A stretch of DNA of 64,000 nt from Utricularia gibba (GCA_002189035.1 NEEC01000002.1:6138001-6202000); one strand, 5' to 3'; counted from the first letter of the stretch, positions 13,009 through 26,604 are shown. Program-made: numbers and translations. Notes: generated by a model from the letters alone, not told the origin.

Positions 13009-13027
13009 GATTGGCGGGATGACGTCC
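13009..13027. promoter_or_regulatory. UPRE/ERSE-like element upstream of bZIP60
   Basis: GATTGGcggGATGACGTCC combines a reverse CCAAT box with the ACGTCATC core of the plant UPRE, about 150 bp upstream of the ATG. Confidence 0.45.
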
Positions 13028-13175
13028 ATAACCACCGTCTCCTTTGAAAACCCTTCCCCGAGAAGGGATCGGAAACTTCTAAGGTCGGAGCTTTCACCGC
13101 TGTCTTCTTAAAATATCGCTACTTTTCGCATAGATTTCGAGTGAATTCAATCTTCAGTGTTGTTATTGATCGACG

Positions 13176-14557
13176 ATGGAATTAGGCAGCTCCGAATTTG
13201 AGCTAGATTGGGCTGCGTTCTTGAAAGATGGATCAGATTATCTCAATCTTGATTTCATGGAGCAATCTACCGGTGTTGGGTTTTCCTCTACGCCAGATTC
13301 GGGATGCGCCTTCTCCATCGGCGATCTGGAGCGGTTTCTTATGAACGATGAAGGTGAAATGGATCAGAATATTTTAGCTGTTGAATTTGTGCAAAACGCG
13401 AATTTAGAATCGGAATTCGGATCGCCGAAGGAACATCCTTCTACTGCTCCGGAGATGGCGGAGAATCTCACAACTGAAGAGAATGATGGAGAGAAGAAGG
13501 ACGGCTCAGCTGATGCTGAGGACGATAACGATGACCCTGCTGCTAAAAGAAGAAAAAGGTTGCTACTTTTTTATCCTACTTTACTGAATGCTCAAAGTTG
13601 TACTTGAAACCCGAATTTGTGTGACCTAATTGATGTTTCAGATGTTTCACTATTTGGTTTTATGTGATTTTATAGGCAAATGAGAAACAGGGATGCGGCT
13701 GTGAGATCAAGAGAAAGGAAGAAGGAGTATGTGAAGGAACTTGAGATGAAGAGCAAGCATTACGAAGCTGAATGCAAGAGGCTGGGAATTATGCTTCAGT
13801 ACTACGTGGCTGAGAATCAGGCGCTACGGTTTTCTATGAACCATAAAAAGGCATTTGATGCTTCTCTATCCAAGCAGGAGTCTGCTGTGCTCTTGTTGGG
13901 TAAGTTACTGAGTCTATTGCAGTATATGAATGCTGTGTATGCTACTTATGAAACATCAGTGACATAAAGGCGTGCAATGCATCTTACATTGTGTTCTGAT
14001 TCCCCTTGAAAAGTTTAGAAGAAAATAAAAAAAAATTGAATGGAAGGTGAAGATTATGGAAATCGAAAATGTAGCTTCTTTAAACTGCATAACCTTACAT
14101 ATTTTAAACTGCTTTGCAATTTTATGGAATTTTAGGAATGTTGTTGGGTTATGCAATTTTGGTCAGCTATTTGTTGTGCTGTCTTAGATACTTACTCTAT
14201 GGCATGTGGACGGACTACTTTTAAGCATCACAGTGTACTCCTCTCTGTATCATGAAAACATTCCTTTGAGTATTCTCCCAATGCTTTGTTGTGGATGATG
14301 CAGAATCCCTGCTGTTGGATTCCCTGCTTGGGTTCATGGGCATCATCTGGCTACTGCTCCTGGACCAGTGTCCGCGAGCTCTCAAAACTGGTCCAAAGAT
14401 CGTTCTAAGCTTCGCAGACGAGGCACGAAGAGGGCCCGGAAATAAGGTTCCAGATGCTCCATTTCTTTCATTTATAATGAGCAAGAGATGCAGAGGTGCA
14501 AGATCAAGGATGAAGTTAGCGTTGATAACTTCTAGCCATGTAGCTGCAGCAGGCTGA
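13176..14557 (+). CDS. bZIP60: bZIP60, ER-stress membrane-tethered bZIP (unspliced form)
   Basis: Exons 13176-13558, 13676-13899 and 14304-14557. Basic region KRRKRQMRNRDAAVRSRERKK, followed by KQESAVLLLESLLLDSLLGFMGIIWLL (IRE1 site plus transmembrane helix). Confidence 0.95.
13870..14325 (+). other. IRE1 twin stem-loop splicing signal of bZIP60 mRNA
   Basis: The spliced mRNA reads AAGCAGGAGTCTG^CTGTGCTCTTGTTGG|AATCCCTG^CTGTTGGATTC. It has two CTGCTG loops and a 23-nt excised segment (13885-13899 plus 14304-14311). Confidence 0.9.
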
Positions 14558-14752
14558 CTCTTGTGCTCATGTCTTTCTCTGCGCGCGTGTCCTTAACCCT
14601 TTGTTCTAAAGACATTCATCTTTTTATGTAGAGGTGTGAAATCTGAAGCTGGACTACCTAACAGACAAAGTCGATTAATGTTTTCGGTATGTCGAACACT
14701 AATTTCAGAATAACCGATAAGCACCACATAGTATATGAGTTATGCAAATTAA

Positions 14753-14951
14753 GGGTCTGTTCCACGGAACTTCAAAAAATAACTCTAAAAGAATGAATCT
14801 TTAAATTTAAAGAGTATTTTAGTTTTGATTGAAACATAGATTCATCAATTTCTTAAAAAAATTGAAACACTTTCTTAAGTAGTAGATGTTTTGTTCCAGA
14901 ATCACTTCTAAAAGTATTTTTATTGAAGTTGAAATTGTACCAAACATAATT
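14753..14951. mobile_element. Possible degenerate Tourist-like MITE
   Basis: Starts TAA|GGGTCTGTT and ends CCAAACATAATT|TAA, with an AT-rich interior. The terminal repeats match only partially. Confidence 0.3.
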
Positions 14952-15942
14952 TAATACTTCGGCTGGAGATGAACTCATCTGCAGCGTGAAATGTAGCTGA
15001 CGCACTGTCAACCGAAATTGTTTTGAAACGATGGTTGTCAACAATGAAGTCGTTGGGGATGGCTCATGAATGAAGATGGCCCATCCGATCTGTTTTTCCT
15101 CTGGTTGGTGGATGGAATGATAGACTGTTTTGTCGTTCATTTTCCTTGTTTCTTCGTTTACTTTGCTTCTCTGTCTATCTCCACTTAGTCACTCCTTGAT
15201 TCCAATTTCCATCCCTGCATGATATCTAGTTACTGTATCTGGATTAGGACAACAATGATGACGACCCGCCTTTGAATGATCTCGCTGCTTCATCATCGCC
15301 TTCTCTCTGATTGCATTTTGAAACCCATAACCCTCTTCACTTATGGTTCTGGTCAATAAAAGAAACCCCTTTGTTATTGGTTGATGGGGTTTGATGGGGA
15401 AGCTTGAATGGATGATTATTCAGCCTTTCGGCCTGTTCCCACTACCCCATCATGGTCAATATCTACGTTTATCCAACCCCACTTGTTTTCCCATCTGTTT
15501 TGACCCTCGCTGGATTCCCACATGTAATTTAGGGTTTCTTTTGCCGTTTTTTAGTTTTTCTCGTTCTTGTTGCATATATTGCTGTAAAGTTGTCATCTTG
15601 TTCCTGGGGTTGTTGGGTTCGTTTAGTGCCGCGCTGGGCTGCGTTGTTCATTGGTTATCATCGGTGATCGCATATCATTCTCAATCTCGTTCGATTTCTG
15701 TGGAGTTTTTAAGCGTCTTCTCTGGTCATGGATATTGACTCTATACAGTGTGTAGTAGCGTGTGTGTATGGCTTGTCGATCGCGACCAGTCGTATCTAGT
15801 CGTTCCCAGTTGAAATGATTTTGTTCTTTGAAGCTTTCGGCTTTCGAATCACTTGAGTCGCCGATACCCCTTGTACATAGATCCTTTTCCTCTGTTTTAG
15901 AGCTTTGCCACCGTTCCTTTGATTTAGTTCGATTGCGCAATT

Positions 15943-17888
15943 ATGGCTTATCAGCAGCAGCAGCAGATACCGGCTCCAGGCTCGGGTTCCGGTCCTGGAG
16001 GAATCCATTATATGAATTCTCCCTTCGGGGATACTACATTTACCAAGGTTTTCGTTGGAGGGTTGGCCTGGGAGACTCAAAGTGAGACTCTGAGACGTTA
16101 CTTCGAACAGTTTGGCGAGATTATTGAGGCTGTGGTCATCACGGATAAGCATACCGGACGATCAAAGGGATATGGATTTGTGAGCTCTTATGAACTTCCT
16201 TTTTCTTACACGAATTGCATTCTTTATTGTTGTTTAGGGGTCTCTGAATTTTGTATAAGGGCATGATTTACTTTTTCTGAGGTAGAAAGTCGAATGGTTG
16301 AATAACTTGGTACCAAAATGGTTTTATTGAGGGGATAGGTAACTTTTCGAGACCCTGAATCAGCTATGAGAGCATGTGTTGATCCAGATCCTATAATCGA
16401 TGGTAGACGAGCAAACTGCAACTTAGCCTCACTGGGGAGACCCCGTCCACCACCACCTTTCAGTAAGACTCCTCACTTCTCTTTTTACTTTCTGAAGATA
16501 AAGTCTGTGGGAAGATCTCCGATGTGCACCATCTTGCATCATTGCAATTGCCTTTTATCCAAAGGAATAGAACTTTTCTATGCCTGTCAGAGTACTTAAT
16601 GTCTTCTAGAATTTGATTAATGGTGGGAAGTATGTAGGTAGTGCTTTGACCCTGTACATATAGCAAATGCAATTCTTTTAATCTGAACAGTGGAGATTAC
16701 CACTTTGTGTATAGTTTTAGATGTGCCTGTGTGTGAGATTTACACTTGACATCTGATTTGTATGATATTTCGTTGTTTAGTAGCCCACCTTAGATCTCCA
16801 ACAACATACCCTGGCTTACCAGCTACACGGGGCCCTATTATTGGTGGTTTTGGCTACCAGCAACCTGTTGCTTATGGATTTCAACAAGGGTTGATGTATT
16901 CTCCCTATGGGTGAGCCTCTTCTCTGTTTTTATCCTGTTTTGAATCTTATTGTGCATTTGTGCATGCCATTGGGCGTGTTCTGTTCATGTTTCAATATCT
17001 TACTCAGAGGTGTCGATCAGAAAGAACCAAAAAAATGTCTTTTCACTCAAGGGACCGAGAGTCATTTTACTGTAGTGGAATGGCTGCGTTACATGAAAGT
17101 TGTTGTTTCTTTCTCATGGTGAATGTAGTGGAATCCATTTAAGGTATCAAGCATGATAGTTTAGTCTTTTTGTGCATGCAGATATGCAGCATATAACCCG
17201 GAATACACATACTCGCAGGTAAACAGTGCAAGATTTTCCTGCATACAAATACTGGTGTGGTTCATTTTTACATCAGCATTTGATTTGATTTCAGGGAGTT
17301 TACAGTCCGTATGGAAATCAACAATTTCTTCATGTATATGGGATGCCGAACACAGTTGGTTCGACTGTGTTTCCTTTCAACCATTTCAGCCCTTCTGTTC
17401 CTGGAAACCATAGTTATCCCCCACTTCCCGGATTTGCAGTTCCTGGTGGTCATCAGGTTGTTCAGTTTGGGGGTACCAATGTGAGTGCTTTAACAACAGG
17501 ATCTGGTGCAACAATCCCGGCTCCGTTTCCTGCAGGTATGCATTTGACTCCTCACCAGGCTCAGAATCCTTTTCTTCTTTGTTGGCTCAAAACATATTAT
17601 CTACCACCTGGCCAAGTGAATGTTTATGAATTTTAAGAAAATACGACATCGAATCCAACAAGGCAATTGTGGATCAAAATCTTGGTCCTTATGAAGTACC
17701 TGTGGCTGCTGAACTTTTCTGTCTGAACAAGTCCATGTTTTGATTTTGGAACAGGCAGAGCTTCCGCTGGCATGATGGTTCTACCAGGCGTTGCTGCAGC
17801 AGCTATCCCTCAACAACCCCAGTTCTTACTACCTTCACAGCCTCCCCAATTCTTGCCGGCCAGCGGTTCCGACCAAAATTCTGGGTGA
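15943..17888 (+). CDS. Single-RRM RNA-binding protein (RBM24/38-like plant family)
   Basis: [31 protein letters not shown]...[10 protein letters not shown]...[12 protein letters not shown]. Exons 15943-16179, 16339-16462, 16781-16910, 17182-17218, 17295-17535 and 17788 (or 17755)-17888. Confidence 0.9.
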
Positions 17889-19148
17889 AGGTTTGATCGA
17901 GGTAGAATCTGCCACAGTTCACACGACAGTAAAGTCTCTAGTGTCATTCCACATGCCATTATCCTGCAATGCCGTTCTGTCATGCGTATTCTTACTGCCT
18001 GTGCCATTGAAGCTTTTATCTGTATTCCATTTGCTAGGTTCCCTTAGATTGCAGCAGGACTAAGAGCAGTAGTACTGCCACTAGATTGGCGGGCTTCAAA
18101 TCTAGCCTTGCAAATGAGTATTTCGCATTCTAGAGGTGGTTACCTGGTACTCTGTTTGCATGATTTGTTTCAGTGGGCTTGCTCGCCACTTTGGATGCAG
18201 TCATTTGAATTCTGATATTCCGAACACCCGCAGGTCCTTACATCGTCTGTCAAGCTCACCGGAGAACTTGTCAACGGTCCAATCGCTACCCATGTCGGAG
18301 ACATTAAAAGGAGCGTGCAGCGGAATGCACCATCTCCTTGTAAGTATACAGTACATGGTGGTGTACCCACACCATCCTCAAAAAAACAAAAAAAGAAAAA
18401 AGAAAGAAAAACTCCTCTAAGGTATGCTTTCCGCCCTGCCCGCCGTGCGGCTGGCCGGTGGAGAGCTGCGGTCTACCAGCCGGAGTGGAGCTCCGGCTCG
18501 GCTATACCAGGGAAGTGTGTGTCTGTGTGTGCATATGTGTGCATGTGTGTTAGGAGGAATCGACCTGATTCTTTTCTTCATCCTGTGTCTTGTGGAGTGA
18601 CATCGGCAGATCTGTCTGTAGTCGTCTTCGCCGATGTGCGTGCGGCGGCAACCGGAACGCCGTCGCTTGCATAGGTGGTGTGTGGCGGTGCACTGGTGTT
18701 CAGCGCCTGCCTTCAAAATCAAGCACGCGAGTTTCCATTCCAGGGCTAAATTAATCAATGAAGCATGTACTTAAAACTGTAATTAACACGAATTTAGTCT
18801 TTAATAACAACAAAATAATAATAACCGCCAAGAGTAATATCGCTGCCGTCTACCAATGAAATATCTGCCCTACCCGAAGGGGTACATAGAAGGCGATGGT
18901 ACTCCATCGGAAAAGATGCTTCCGTCGCGGAGAGATTCTCGGTGTCCGATAACGACTCAGGTAACATTTGGAATGGACTTGAGAAATGAAAATGTTCATT
19001 CGGAAATCAAATGATTTCAGATTCATTCTTCATGGCGAACTGAACTCAGAGCGTTAGATTGTGATGCTCTGCGAACGTTATTTCGAGGAAAAATCTCTCA
19101 TTTTCTGGAGATTAATGGAGTAAACGGAAGAAAGAAGAGAAAGCTATA

Positions 19149-19583
19149 CTAGAGGCGAGGCAAGTAGTGAATTACGTAGTTTTCCTGCGGCGACTGTTGC
19201 AGATTCCCGGCGTCGGAAGTAGTCGATTGGGCGCACTGACGACACCGTGCAGAGACGAGAATCTGACGACGTGAGGAACGCGATTCAAGTAAGGTATCGA
19301 TGAATACCAGATAGAAACCGTGTCGGCACTGCGGTGAAACCCGCACCTCCTCCCCTGCGGCGAAATCCGCTAAACAAATCGAGAAGTCCGAGATCTTCGT
19401 TTCCAGTAAGGTATTTTCGCCGAAGGCGAGCATCGGCTGTGAATTAAGCACCTTCATCGTCAATCCTTTGTTGCCGGCGAGGCGCGGATCTAGACGCAGC
19501 GCGCGGCGGGTATGATTCCTAGCACACAGAGCCATAACCTCGAGTATGACGACGGAGTCGCAGTCTGGACTCCATGTCGACAT
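19149..19583 (-). pseudogene. Degenerate ATL-type RING-H2 ubiquitin ligase ORF (open frame, RING ligands lost)
   Basis: ATL-like scaffold DSVVIL..., GNKGL..KVLNSQP, SICLADFAAGEEVRVSPQCRHGF, RQILVSARCRQC and terminal YLP. C1 is F, H5 is Y, C6 is F, and the CxxC pair is deleted. Confidence 0.75.
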
Positions 19584-19672
19584 TGACTTATAGACGGAAC
19601 AATGAATAGCTTAGTTCAGAGAGTCTGGTGCGAGAAAAAGAAAAGACGACGACGAAGAAGAAGAATGGCAAC

Positions 19673-21663
<1,991 letters not shown>

Positions 21664-22325
21664 CGGCGCAAAGAAGTGTGTATTCCTTCTCAAACTGAGT
21701 GTCGAGAAGACGATGCAGCAGATAATAGAAACAAAATGGGGAACTTCTCAGATCATGACGCAGTTTTCATCGGAATCCAGTGGACGAGATTGCATTGAGA
21801 TAAGGCATGGCCTTCTCTACGCCATAGATGGTTTCTATCTTTTTTTTTTTTTAACTTCCACAGATTAGGTGTTAAAGTATTTTATAATATGCGTATCATT
21901 TATAAAATATTTATAGCGTATCTCAAAAATCTTTTATTAATTGAGTTTTAGTTTTTTTTTTATTTTAAATATTTATAAATTCTAATAATATTTAATTATA
22001 AATTGATAAAATTTATTTATTAAATATATTTGTAATTATTATCATTTTATCCAAATATAATAATTCAAATATATTATTAATTGAATATATTATGAAATAC
22101 ATCTTAAAATTATGTTCCATTTTTCTAATTTTTTTTATCCAAATTAATAGGAAGAAAATTGGGGTGCTTCTGATGAGAAGGAAATTTCACGCACTAGTAG
22201 CAGACGACCATCGGACATTAAGGTATCTTCCGCCGTTGATTTGACGGCCGGTCGCTTTTTATGAAGGTTGATGACTGAGTAGCGTTAGGTTTTCCCTTTT
22301 TTCTGGAAATCACTCTTGGGTATAA

Positions 22326-23678
22326 ATGTTTTTTTTGGACGCAAATCCGCGCTCTGCCCGTTCGATTGGGCGAAGGGCGTCCGAGTTTGCACTCATCGGT
22401 TTCCTCCTCCGTGGATATTGTGCAAAGGCAGCGGAAATTTTTATCAGTCATTTACACAATAATCCGAGCGATGTCGAAAAATCTCTCAACAAGGTGAACG
22501 CGAAGCTGGATTCTAGATGTATCGCCCAGGTTTTGAAAGAATGCGCTAACTGTAAACGTCAGCTGGGTGCCAGATTCTTTATCTGGGCGGGTCTTCATCC
22601 TACTCACAGGCACACTTCGTTTATGTTTGAGAAAGCTTGTAAGTTGCTTGATGTTGAGAAGAACCCTGGAATTATTGTCGACTTGATAAATGGGTATATG
22701 GCTGAAGGTATTGTTGCTAGTATCAAAATGTTTAGATTGATTTTAAATTTGTGCAGAGCAGCTAAAGATGCAGATTTGAGCCTATGGGTTTTAAGGAAAA
22801 TGAAGGAATTCAATTGTAGGCCGGATACTGTATGTTATAATGTTGTCATCAGACTATTTGTTGAGAAGGGAAAGTTAGATGAGGCGATGGGGTTGATGAA
22901 GGAGATGGCTTACATTGATCTCATTCCTGATAATGTTTCATATGTTTCCATTTTGAAGGGGCTCTGCGATGGTGGAAGGTTAGAAGCTGCATTTGACTTG
23001 GTTAAGGTAATGAAAGGCCATGGATGTGTGCCGAATGTGGTTGTATATTCAACACTACTCGATGGAGTCTGCAACTTTGGGAATATGGAATCTGCATTCG
23101 AGTTCCTGACAAAGATGGAACAAGAGGGAGACTGTAAACCCAATGTGGTGACATACACTACCATGATTAAGAGTTTAGCTGACAAAGGGAGGGTAATGAA
23201 GGCACCCAAGGTTCTGAACCAAATGATCGAGCACAAAGTTAACCCAAATAGGGTGACACTAGCTACCCTCCTCAACGGACTATGCGCAGAAGGGAAGGTG
23301 CAAGAGGCTTGTAAGCTGATTCACAGATTCAGTGGAAATGGATTTCATCGTGATGAGCTCTTAAGTATGCTTCTCATGTCGTTGCTGAAAGTGGGTAAGG
23401 ATTCAGATTGCGAAAAGATATTGCGGATGATGATCACCAAAGGGATGAATCCAAGCAGCTTGGCATCAGGCAGAATCATCAAGAAAATGGTTTCCGATGG
23501 AAGGGTACTTGATGGGTTTCTCCTGTTTCATGCGCTTGGCAACTCAGGGAAGATGATAGATAACCAGACATGTTCAGCTCTCCTGGCTGCGCTTCGGCAT
23601 GAAAACAGATCTGCAGAAGTTGCAAAGGTTGTCGAAATCATGTCGGATGGAGGTTTGTCTCCCCAGGTTACTTCCTGA
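22326..23678 (+). CDS. P-class pentatricopeptide repeat protein (At5g47360-like)
   Basis: Intronless 450-aa ORF with repeated PPR motifs (PDTVCYNVVIRLF, PNVVVYSTLLDGVC, PNVVTYTTMIKSL). The true start is uncertain. Confidence 0.9.
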   Translation: MFFLDANPRSARSIGRRASEFALIGFLLRGYCAKAAEIFISHLHNNPSDVEKSLNKVNAKLDSRCIAQVLKECANCKRQLGARFFIWAGLHPTHRHTSFMFEKACKLLDVEKNPGIIVDLINGYMAEGIVASIKMFRLILNLCRAAKDADLSLWVLRKMKEFNCRPDTVCYNVVIRLFVEKGKLDEAMGLMKEMAYIDLIPDNVSYVSILKGLCDGGRLEAAFDLVKVMKGHGCVPNVVVYSTLLDGVCNFGNMESAFEFLTKMEQEGDCKPNVVTYTTMIKSLADKGRVMKAPKVLNQMIEHKVNPNRVTLATLLNGLCAEGKVQEACKLIHRFSGNGFHRDELLSMLLMSLLKVGKDSDCEKILRMMITKGMNPSSLASGRIIKKMVSDGRVLDGFLLFHALGNSGKMIDNQTCSALLAALRHENRSAEVAKVVEIMSDGGLSPQVTS

Positions 23679-24074
23679 AGATGTAGAAGAACTCTTCCTC
23701 TTTGGAAATTAATCAATTTTTGTGGAAAAATTTTGAAAATCGAAGAGCCCCTTCAAAATGGAAGAAAATGGAGGCTTCTGATTATTACATTATCAATTAC
23801 GTTAGAATTAAAAAATACTAAAAAATTAACTTTGTTCCATATTAAAAAAATACTAAAAATTAAAAAATTATTCGATATGTTAAAATTGAAATTCTATTAT
23901 CAAATATGTGATTAAAGGTCCGTCAGGCCTGTAGATTTGGAAGGGGCCCAAGTGCTAAAACTGTCGATGATTGAGGAATGGAGGGGAGGGAAGCCTAGTG
24001 GATTAGGGTTCAGGGGAAGGATCTGCTCGGCGGTCGTGAATTGCTTATGATTTGGGGTTGAGAGGTTCGAGGGG

Positions 24075-25145
24075 ATGGTATTTGCATATCTGCGAAAGAG
24101 CGTCTCCCTCAATTTGTTTCCTAAGGGAGCGGCCTTGTTTCTACGCGAGCGCCACGCTTCCTTCTTGCTTCAGCTCCATTTCGTCACCACCGGGAACCCG
24201 GATGCTTTCGAACACCAGCCTGCCGGAGATACAAAGACGGTCGCTTCTTTACTCAAGGAAAATGGCTTTTCGGACGCGCAATTGGAGAAAGTGTTTCGCA
24301 GCAGGCCACAACTGTGTTCCGCGAATTGGGAGACTTCGATAAACCCGAAGATCAAAATTTTCCAGGAATTTGGTTTTTCTAGTTCCGAAATTGCCAAGAT
24401 TATCACCAAGGAACCCACTGTCTTGTGTTGCCGCGCCAGCAAACTCCGCCCTTCACTGTCTACGCTACTAGGTTTATTGGGTTGCAGGGGAGCAGTGGTT
24501 AATCTACTGGGGATGGGGAAGAATAGGAGATTCTTATCCACCGATTTCGAGAAGACTCTGTACCCAAACATTGAGTTCCTGAAGAGCCATGGCTTGTCCA
24601 TGCAACGCATCAATGGTCTCATGCGTTTGTTCCCAGCACCCTTATTCCTCAAACATGAACTTCTTACAAAACTCGTTGAGAAATTGGAGAGGTTGGGATT
24701 TAATCCGAGCTCCAGCAAGTTTATCTATGGTCTTTGGGCTGTTGCGTCTATGGGTGACGAAATTTGGGAACAAAAGCTGCGGACTTTCAGGGATTTGGGT
24801 TTCACAGATTCTGATACTCTCACTGCTTTCAGGAAAGTTCCCCTTGCGCTAACCACATCGTCCGAGAAGATAAAGAGAATTACACAAGTCGTTCTCTCTA
24901 CAAAGAGCTACACAATGTCAGATATTATTGCATTCCCTGTTTGCTTTAGGTGCAGCTTGGAGAAAAGGTTAAAGCCACGGCTGCAAGTGTTGCAGATTCT
25001 GGAAAAGAAGAAGCTGATCAAGAAATGGCCTAGTCTCACAGTAATTTATGCTTATACCGATAAGAGGTTTCATAAAAGTTTTGTTGCACCTCATCGGAAG
25101 TCATTCACTGGTAAGATTGACAGCACCCTCCTAGATGCAAAATGA
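24075..25145 (+). CDS. mTERF family protein, copy 1
   Basis: Intronless 356-aa ORF with plant mTERF motifs (LLKENGFSDAQL, INPKIKIFQEFGFS, LYPNIEFLKSHGLS, CSLEKRLKPR). Confidence 0.9.
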   Translation: MVFAYLRKSVSLNLFPKGAALFLRERHASFLLQLHFVTTGNPDAFEHQPAGDTKTVASLLKENGFSDAQLEKVFRSRPQLCSANWETSINPKIKIFQEFGFSSSEIAKIITKEPTVLCCRASKLRPSLSTLLGLLGCRGAVVNLLGMGKNRRFLSTDFEKTLYPNIEFLKSHGLSMQRINGLMRLFPAPLFLKHELLTKLVEKLERLGFNPSSSKFIYGLWAVASMGDEIWEQKLRTFRDLGFTDSDTLTAFRKVPLALTTSSEKIKRITQVVLSTKSYTMSDIIAFPVCFRCSLEKRLKPRLQVLQILEKKKLIKKWPSLTVIYAYTDKRFHKSFVAPHRKSFTGKIDSTLLDAK

Positions 25146-25747
25146 CTTTTTTTTTTTGTGGGATTTCATTCAAAATTTTCGCGGTAGAGGTTCTGGTTGT
25201 GTTTTTTGTCGTTGCTGGAGATGAACAGTACATTTCAAGATAACCGCACAAGGGATATGCTATGAGCTTTGGTTTGTGAATGAAGCTGTCTTTGGAACAT
25301 GCCTAAAGAACATGGAATCAATCATCTCGTTGCTGAAAAGCAACGTTTTGATTGACGACAGAACGTCTCACTGTCGTTTATTTGATGAGGATCCCCCCAC
25401 ATATGCAACAGAACTACAATTGGTATTGTGGTGGACATTCAGTCACATCGGAGGCCTCCCGGTGAGGCGGGACTGCAGTTTCGTCCGCCTGCAGCACAAA
25501 GGATCAACCCCTGGTCTGCCATTGCCACAAGTTTGAATCCAGATGGTGCTAATTTCAGGGGTGACCTCAGGCTCTGAGAAAGCATCAACCCAAGGAGGGA
25601 TGAACTGGTGGGAAGCCCCGAAAAGACATCAAATGGTGGGAACGCAAGAGAAAAAAAAAGTAGCATTACGATGCCACCTGCTTTCGATCTTCAAGATCCA
25701 GCAAGTTCTGCCGCCCTCGGAGGTCTCCTCCATCCGTCGCGCACAAG

Positions 25748-25993
25748 ACTCATCAATGGCTTACCGAATTTCCTTATTATCAATGTCTCAGAGTTTCTTC
25801 TCCTCCTTCCCGGACGAGCCCCAGGATCGACAAAAAGAAGCCTTTGATTCTAATGTTTCTTACAAGAAAGAGAGACCATCGTCAATGAATGTCAACCGGA
25901 GTCCAATTTAGAAGACAACTGCTTGCCGTCGGAATCAATCCGGATATGATGGATTGGGTCAATCTCCCTTGGCCATTGGCAATATTCTGAAAC
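25748..25993 (-). pseudogene. Orphan fragment of two small exons of the inositol 5-phosphatase gene
   Basis: Near-identical to 31504-31799. The donor GT is changed to GC (25925), an acceptor AG is changed to CG (about 25829), and there is a small exonic deletion and a +1 insertion. Confidence 0.85.
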
Positions 25994-26604
25994 TGATTGA
26001 TTCAATTTATTGGTTAACCGATTATTTAATTGTTTTTAGTATTAATTTCATAATGACTAACTTTGTTATTTTGAAAAATATGTAAGATGTATATTGTCAA
26101 TTTTATTTGAAGAGAAATTAATTTTATGGGTAAAGTTTGTCGGTGTTATTTTAATTTACACTCAATATAAATAGTTTAATTACTAAATTTTAAAATTATA
26201 TCATAAATTTTTCACTTTGATTTTTTTTTGTAATCAATTTACCTCTAAACTTTTAACATTACATATTTAATTCTTTATATTATCAAAACTAATCAATTTT
26301 AATTTTAACATCATTATAACAAGGTATCATATGAAATGCAATATAATCATCAATTTGAATTATACAAGACATATATACAGTATAATTATCGTCATTTCAA
26401 ATTATACAAGATACAAACATATTATAATCCTAACATGGGTTAGATTCATCGAAATTCAGACGCAAATACGAAAAACTCTAGTATAAAATTTTGAGAATTA
26501 AATATGCTGAATAATTGAAATTATATTATGAAATATGTGATAATCGATTGAAGGTCCGTCTGGGTGTAGGATTGGAAGTGGCCCAAATGCTGAAAGTGTC
26601 GATG

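Larger units (their letters stand above)
23884..25993 (+). repeat. Left copy of a tandem segmental duplication (right copy about 26513-31799)
   Basis: Continuous similarity from AATTGAAATT.TATTAT.AAATATGTGAT (23884 and 26513) through the mTERF ORF and 3' flank. It then jumps to sequence matching 31504-31799. Confidence 0.85.

Noticed and set aside
18105-18160. miR828-like sequence (CCTTGCAAATGAGTATTTCG) on a short hairpin
   Set aside because: Needs a 2-nt gap and about 3 mismatches to the miR828 sequence I recall, and the stem is only about 14 bp, too short for a plant pre-miRNA.
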